In this document: in pieces, positions 59,490 through 64,000 of the stretch
Layout: each line of letters begins with the position of its first letter
How positions within the stretch are numbered: the first letter of the stretch is position 1
NCBI RefSeq assembly: GCF_018350175.1
Contig: NC_058368.1
Coordinates: forward strand, 6,882,001-6,946,000
Reading direction: 5' to 3'
Origin: Felis catus
Taxonomy: Eukaryota
Length of the DNA: 64,000 nucleotides
The notes under the pieces: generated by a model
Told to the model about the DNA's origin: nothing
The model's database searches: none
The model's input: only the letters and a program-made list of their open reading frames with translations
Program-made: the position numbers and the translations under genes

Positions 59490-59950
59490 TGTATTAGTCA
59501 TCTCAGGCTGCCGTAATAAAATTCCAGACCGGGGGGCTTAAACAATAGACATTTTACTTTTTCACAGTTGTGAAAGCTGAAAGTCCAAGATCCAGTTGCC
59601 ATCAGGGTTGGTTTCTGGTGAGACGTCTCTTCCTGTAGAAGGCTGCCTTTTTTCATGTCCTCACATGGTTTTTTCTTCAGTGCGTGCAAGTAGAAAGAGC
59701 TCTCTGATGTCTCTTCCTCTTCTGGTTATTCCATCATTCCATTTATTTGTTTCTTCGTTCATTTCTGTATTTCTTTATAACCTTTCCCCCAGCTTTATTA
59801 TGATATAATTGACATAGAATCTTCCTCTTTTTATAAGGAGAACAGCCCTGCTGGTTTAGAGCCCCACTCTTATGGCCTCACGTAACCTTATTTCCTCCTT
59901 ATGGCTATCTCTCTAAATACAGAAACACTGAGGGCTAGGGTTTCAACATA
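59490..59950 (-). mobile_element. MaLR LTR (MLT1A-like)
   Basis: TGTATTAGTCATCTCAGGCTGCCGTAATAAAATTCCAGACCGGGGGGCTTAAACAATAGAC...GCTAGGGTTTCAACATAT. Confidence 0.8.
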
Positions 59951-59959
59951 TAAAAAAAA

Positions 59960-60280
59960 CTGTAAGATAATTGGAGAAATGTGATCAGTAACTGAATACT
60001 GATGGTATTAAGGGATTGTTGTTAATTTTTTTAAGTGTCCTAATGGTATTTGGGTTACGTCCTTTAGAGACGCACATTGAAATATTTATAGATGAAATGA
60101 GCTAATGATTGGATTTTCTTCACAACAGTCTAGAAGAGTAGGAAGTGGGTGCTGATATTGATGAAACAAGATTAGCCATGAGTTGGTAATTATTGATGCT
60201 GGGTCAATAGTATATGATGGTTCACTATACTGGACTATTTTATGTATGTTTGAAGTTTTCTATAATAAAGTTTTTTTATC
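59960..60280 (+). mobile_element. Old L1 3' end (L1MC-like)
   Basis: TTGAAATATTTATAGATGAAATGA...GATGAAACAAGATTAGCCATGAGTTGGTAATTATTGA...TTTCTATAATAAAG. Confidence 0.7.
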
Positions 60281-60459
60281 TTTAAGAGTCAGTGTAAAAA
60301 TATGAAGCATTGAGGCTTGAGGTGGGGTTCAAAGGAAAATCATCCTGGGATGGGGGTGAGGATGTTGGAACAGATGGACAGGATGATTGCTACCTCGCAC
60401 TTTTGCTCAAGGTAAGATTGGAGATTCTGACTTTTCCCACTGGGAGGTGGAATGTCGAT

Positions 60460-61410
60460 TATTTGTTTATTTTTTAAAAGTGAGATATAGTTGACATTAC
60501 ATTAGCCTCAGGTTTACAATATAAAGATTTGCCATAAGAAATCTAGTTAATGTCTATCACCACACAAATTTTTTTTTCTTGTGATGGGAACTTTTAAGAT
60601 TTACTCTCTTAAGAACTTTCAAATACATGATTTAAGATTTACTCTCTTGGGAACTTTCAAATACAGTATTGTTGACTGTCGTCACCATACTGTGCATTAC
60701 ATCCCCAGGACTTATCTACTTTATAACTGGAAGTGTGTATCTTTTGACCTCCTACACCCGTTTCTCCCACCCCTACCCCCTACCTCTGGCAACCACCAAT
60801 CCGTTCTTTGTAACTGTGAGTTTGTTTTTGTTTTTGTTTTTTTAGATTCTACATGTAAGTGAGGTCATATACCATTTGTCTTTCTATGTCTGGCTTATTT
60901 CACTTAGCATAATGCCCTCAAGATCCATCCATGTTGTCACAGATGACAGGATTTTCTTCTGTTTTTTGCTGAATTCTATATAATATGTTTTCTTTATCCA
61001 TTCATCCACTGATGGACAGTTAGGCTGTTTTATGTCTTGGTTATTATAAATAATGCCACATTGAACATGGGGTGCACATATTTTTTGAGTTAGGGTTTCA
61101 TTTCCTTCAAATAAATATTCAGAAGAGAAATTGATGCATCATATGGTATTTCTTTTCTTTTCTTTTCTTTTCTTTTCTTTTCTTTTCTTTTTGAGGAACC
61201 TCCATACCGTTTTCCACAGTGGCTGCACCAATTTACACTCCCACCAACAGTGCACAAGGGTTACCTTTTCTCCACATTCTTGCCAATACTTGTTATTTCT
61301 TGTCTTTTCGATACTAGCTATTCTGACTGGTGTAAGGTGATATTTCATTTTGGGTTTGATTGCATTTATCTGATGACGAGTGATGCTGAGCACTTTTCAT
61401 GTACTTGTTT
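60460..61410 (-). mobile_element. L1 3' end fragment with (TTTTC)n at 61148-61192
   Basis: Minus-strand peptide [11 protein letters not shown]...[25 protein letters not shown] and L1 3' UTR motifs. Confidence 0.9.
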
Positions 61411-61579
61411 ATCTGATTATTTCCTTATGATCAGATTTATCAAAATGGTGATGTGAGTTGCCTCCAGATTAAAGTGGGAACAAGAATCTTAAAAAGAAAG
61501 ACCTTTCCCCAGTCTTTCCCCACCCTCTTGATCGAAGATGTAGCAAAATGGCATGCAGAAAGGAAAGCAATCCTGATTA

Positions 61580-61910
61580 CCCAGAGCTTCTCAAACTTTA
61601 TGTTAGACATCACCTGGGGACTTTGTCAAACTGTAGACTCTGATTCAGTATGTCTGGGCCAGGGCCAAGATTCCAAATTCTAACAACATCCCAATGATGT
61701 TGTCTTTGGACCCCACTTGGAGTACAGGCGATGGCTCTGTGGTTCACAAAGCTGTTATCGTTTAGAATTACCTGGGAGCTTCTACAAAATACTAATGGCT
61801 AAGTCCTTTTAAGAAATACTAATGGCTAAGAACTTTAGAGATTGTGATTCAATTTAACTGGGGCTTGGGTATTATTTTTTTAAAGTCTCCCATATAATCC
61901 TAATGATTCC
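61580..61910. mobile_element. MER5-type (hAT-Charlie) fragments
   Basis: CAGAGCTTCTCAAACTTT...ATCACCTGGGGACTTTGTCAAA...CTCTGATTCAGTA...TTCTAACAA. Confidence 0.65.
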
Positions 61911-62780
61911 TTAGAGGAATATTTTTAGGACCAAGCGACATAGTCTATTCTTCCCATTTACTAATGATGCATTTTGAATCAACCATTCATTCAATCATCC
62001 ATCCTTTCATTTATTCAATTTCCAACTCTAATGATTGAATGCTCTATTTTAGAGAAATTACGTCTATGCATTCCTCATTTTTCGAATAGTTTTTAGCATC
62101 TTCTAGAAATACCTACATTCTTTCTACTGGATTTTCACTGGGTTACTGCATAATGAAATTAAACTCTGAATAGCATCCTTCCCACAAATTTCACACTAAG
62201 CTGCTGCTTTTGGAACTAGACAATGGCACAGGAGAACAATATTAAACAGTCTAGAAAGGAAGAAGAAACACCTATTTTCAGTTGATATTTCATTGGAGGT
62301 GACGTGCTAGTCGGATGGTATTTAAAATTATCCGGAATAAAAAAAGAATGAGTAGTTTTATGAACATTTCCTTTGTTCAATCTTAAGCACTTCCTCAAGG
62401 AATTATGCAGAATGAGCTTTCTAAGTGACTTCAGCTCTGGGGCAGAGATGCAGACCTCGGCGTTTATCGAATGCTTTCAGAAAGCAAGGTAGAAAGTTGA
62501 AGTTTTACTCTTGCTGTGGAATGTCCTTATGGATGTCTCCCTAGGCACACGTGCAAAAGTCACGATGGTATACACACAGGCGGAACTGCTGGGTTTCAGG
62601 GTATGTGAATGTTCAACTACCAAGATATTACCAAATTGTGTAGTATTTATGAAAGTGCTCGTGTGTATTTATCATCCCACCAGCAGTATGGTAGAGCTTC
62701 TATTCACTTCTGAGACTTGTGATTATGAATTCTTAATTTTAGCCACTTTAGTAGGTTTTGTGTGTTATCTTGTTACAGTC

Positions 62781-62951
62781 TTTCTTTAAGTTTATTTTGA
62801 GAGAGTGTGTGTGCACAAGTGAGGGAGGAGCAGAGAGAGAATCCCAAGCAGGCTCCATGCTGTCAGCACACAGCCCAATGCGGGGCTCGAACTCAGGAAC
62901 CCCAAACCCTGTGAGATCATGACTTGAGTCATAAGCAATAATCAGACACCT
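62781..62951 (-). mobile_element. CAN-SINE (5' part lost or interrupted)
   Basis: Reverse-complement SINE body. Confidence 0.85.
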
Positions 62952-62952
62952 A

Positions 62953-63128
62953 GGGCGCCTGGGTGGCTCAGTCAGTTAACCGTCCCACTCTTGATTTCGG
63001 CTCAGGTCATGATCTCTCGGTTCAAGGGATCAAGCCCCACATCAGGCTCTGAGCTGACAGTGTAGAACCTGCTGGAGATTCTCTCTCTCCCTTTCTCTCT
63101 GCCCCTCCCCCCACTGTCTCTCTTAAAG
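62953..63128 (+). mobile_element. CAN-SINE
   Basis: GGGCGCCTGGGTGGCTCAGTCAG head. Confidence 0.9.
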
Positions 63129-63376
63129 AAGTTGAGCAATTTTTCATGTTTATTCTCCTTTTGTGTTTCGTCTTCCTGTGAAACATCTGTTTGGATGGTT
63201 TTTCCATCGGTTGTTTGTCTTTTTCTGTTTGTTTCAGAGTATTAATCTGAATACTATCTTCTTTGCCAGCGACAGGTGTTGCAGATATCTTCTTCCAGTT
63301 TGTAGACTGTTTTTGTACTTCCTTGTTGGCATCGCTTGATGAACAGAAGTTCTTAACTATAATACAGGCAGATGTA

Positions 63377-63585
63377 GGGGCACCTGGGTGGCTCAGTCGG
63401 TTAAGCCTCCGACTTCAGACCAGGTCATGATCCCATCCTTTGTGGGTTTGAGCCCTACATCAGGCTCTGTGCTGACGGCACAGACCCTGGAGACTGCTTC
63501 AGATTCTGTGTCTCCCTCTCTCTCTGCCCCTCCTCCGCTCACATTCTGTCTCTCTTTCCCGAAAAAATAAACAAACGTTAAAAAT
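63377..63585 (+). mobile_element. CAN-SINE
   Basis: AGGCAGAT flanking duplication. Confidence 0.92.
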
Positions 63586-63752
63586 TTATAACATAGGCAG
63601 ATACATCAATCTTTCTGATTTGGGCTTTTTGTGTCTTAAGCACTTTTTCCGTACACAAAGATAAGATAGTCTTCTATTTCTAAATGTTTAAAGGTCTTAC
63701 CTTTATACATTTACATGTTTAATTATTCTGGATTTAAGTATCAAAAGGCCAC

Positions 63753-63776
63753 TTTTTTTTTAAATGTTTATTTATT

Positions 63777-63812
<36 letters not shown>

Positions 63813-63981
63813 TATGAGTGGGGGAGAAGCAGAGAGAGAGAGGGAGACACAGAATCCAAAGCAGGCTCCGGGCTCTGAACTGTCAGCACAGAGCCTGACG
63901 CGGGGCTCAAACTCACAAACCATTAGTTCATGACCTGAGCCAAAGTCAGACACTTAACCAACTGAGCCACCTAGACATCCC
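63753..63981 (-). mobile_element. CAN-SINE with extended (GA)n
   Basis: Reverse-complement SINE; ATCAAAA..CCACT flanking duplication. Confidence 0.92.
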
Positions 63982-64000
63982 ATCAAAAACCCACTCTTCA

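Larger units (their letters stand above)
62510..63750 (-). mobile_element. Old L1 fragment (L1ME-like), interrupted by SINEs
   Basis: GGAACTGCTGGGT...GGGTATGTGAATGTTCAACT; TTGCAGATATCTTCTTCCAGTTTGT...TTGATGAACAGAAGTTCTTAA. Confidence 0.7.

Noticed and set aside
52106..61832. Short local duplications (GATGATATTCAAGAGA x2 at ~52107; TTAAGATTTACTCTCTT x2 at ~60594; AAATACTAATGGCTAAG x2 at ~61787)
   Set aside because: Ordinary slippage duplications, mostly inside decayed repeats, with no motif or structural significance that I can support.
4186..63953. Recurring 60-90 aa ORFs ([16 protein letters not shown]..., ...[18 protein letters not shown]...)
   Set aside because: Translations of CAN-SINE consensus sequence, not a gene family.

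Overview
Mammalian genomic DNA from a cat-like (feliform) carnivore, judged from about 43 CAN-SINE/SINEC_Fc-type elements and a carnivore L1. The only protein-coding sequence I can support is the first coding exon of USP12 on the minus strand (34836-34789, MEILMTVSKFASICTM, then a GT donor). It lies in a CpG-island promoter. Bases 1-34788 are therefore USP12 intron 1, and exon 2 is not in the window. Upstream (higher coordinates) are a 39-bp GC-box tandem repeat, a near full-length Tigger1 fossil, a ~660-bp purine-rich GGAAGT minisatellite and a second CpG island with no recognisable gene. Further on are an RPL37A processed pseudogene split by two SINEs (missed by the ORF track), an ERVL pol remnant, MaLR LTRs and old L1/L2/MIR/MER5 fragments. 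The most interesting signal is the USP12 start region. A strong-context upstream ATG opens an 8-codon ORF that overlaps Met1 and ends in a TAATG stop-start overlap with Met5. An in-frame Met16 in ideal Kozak context sits at the exon edge and would give an MGxxxS N-terminus. Repeat subfamily names come from memory of consensus sequences, and repeat boundaries are approximate.
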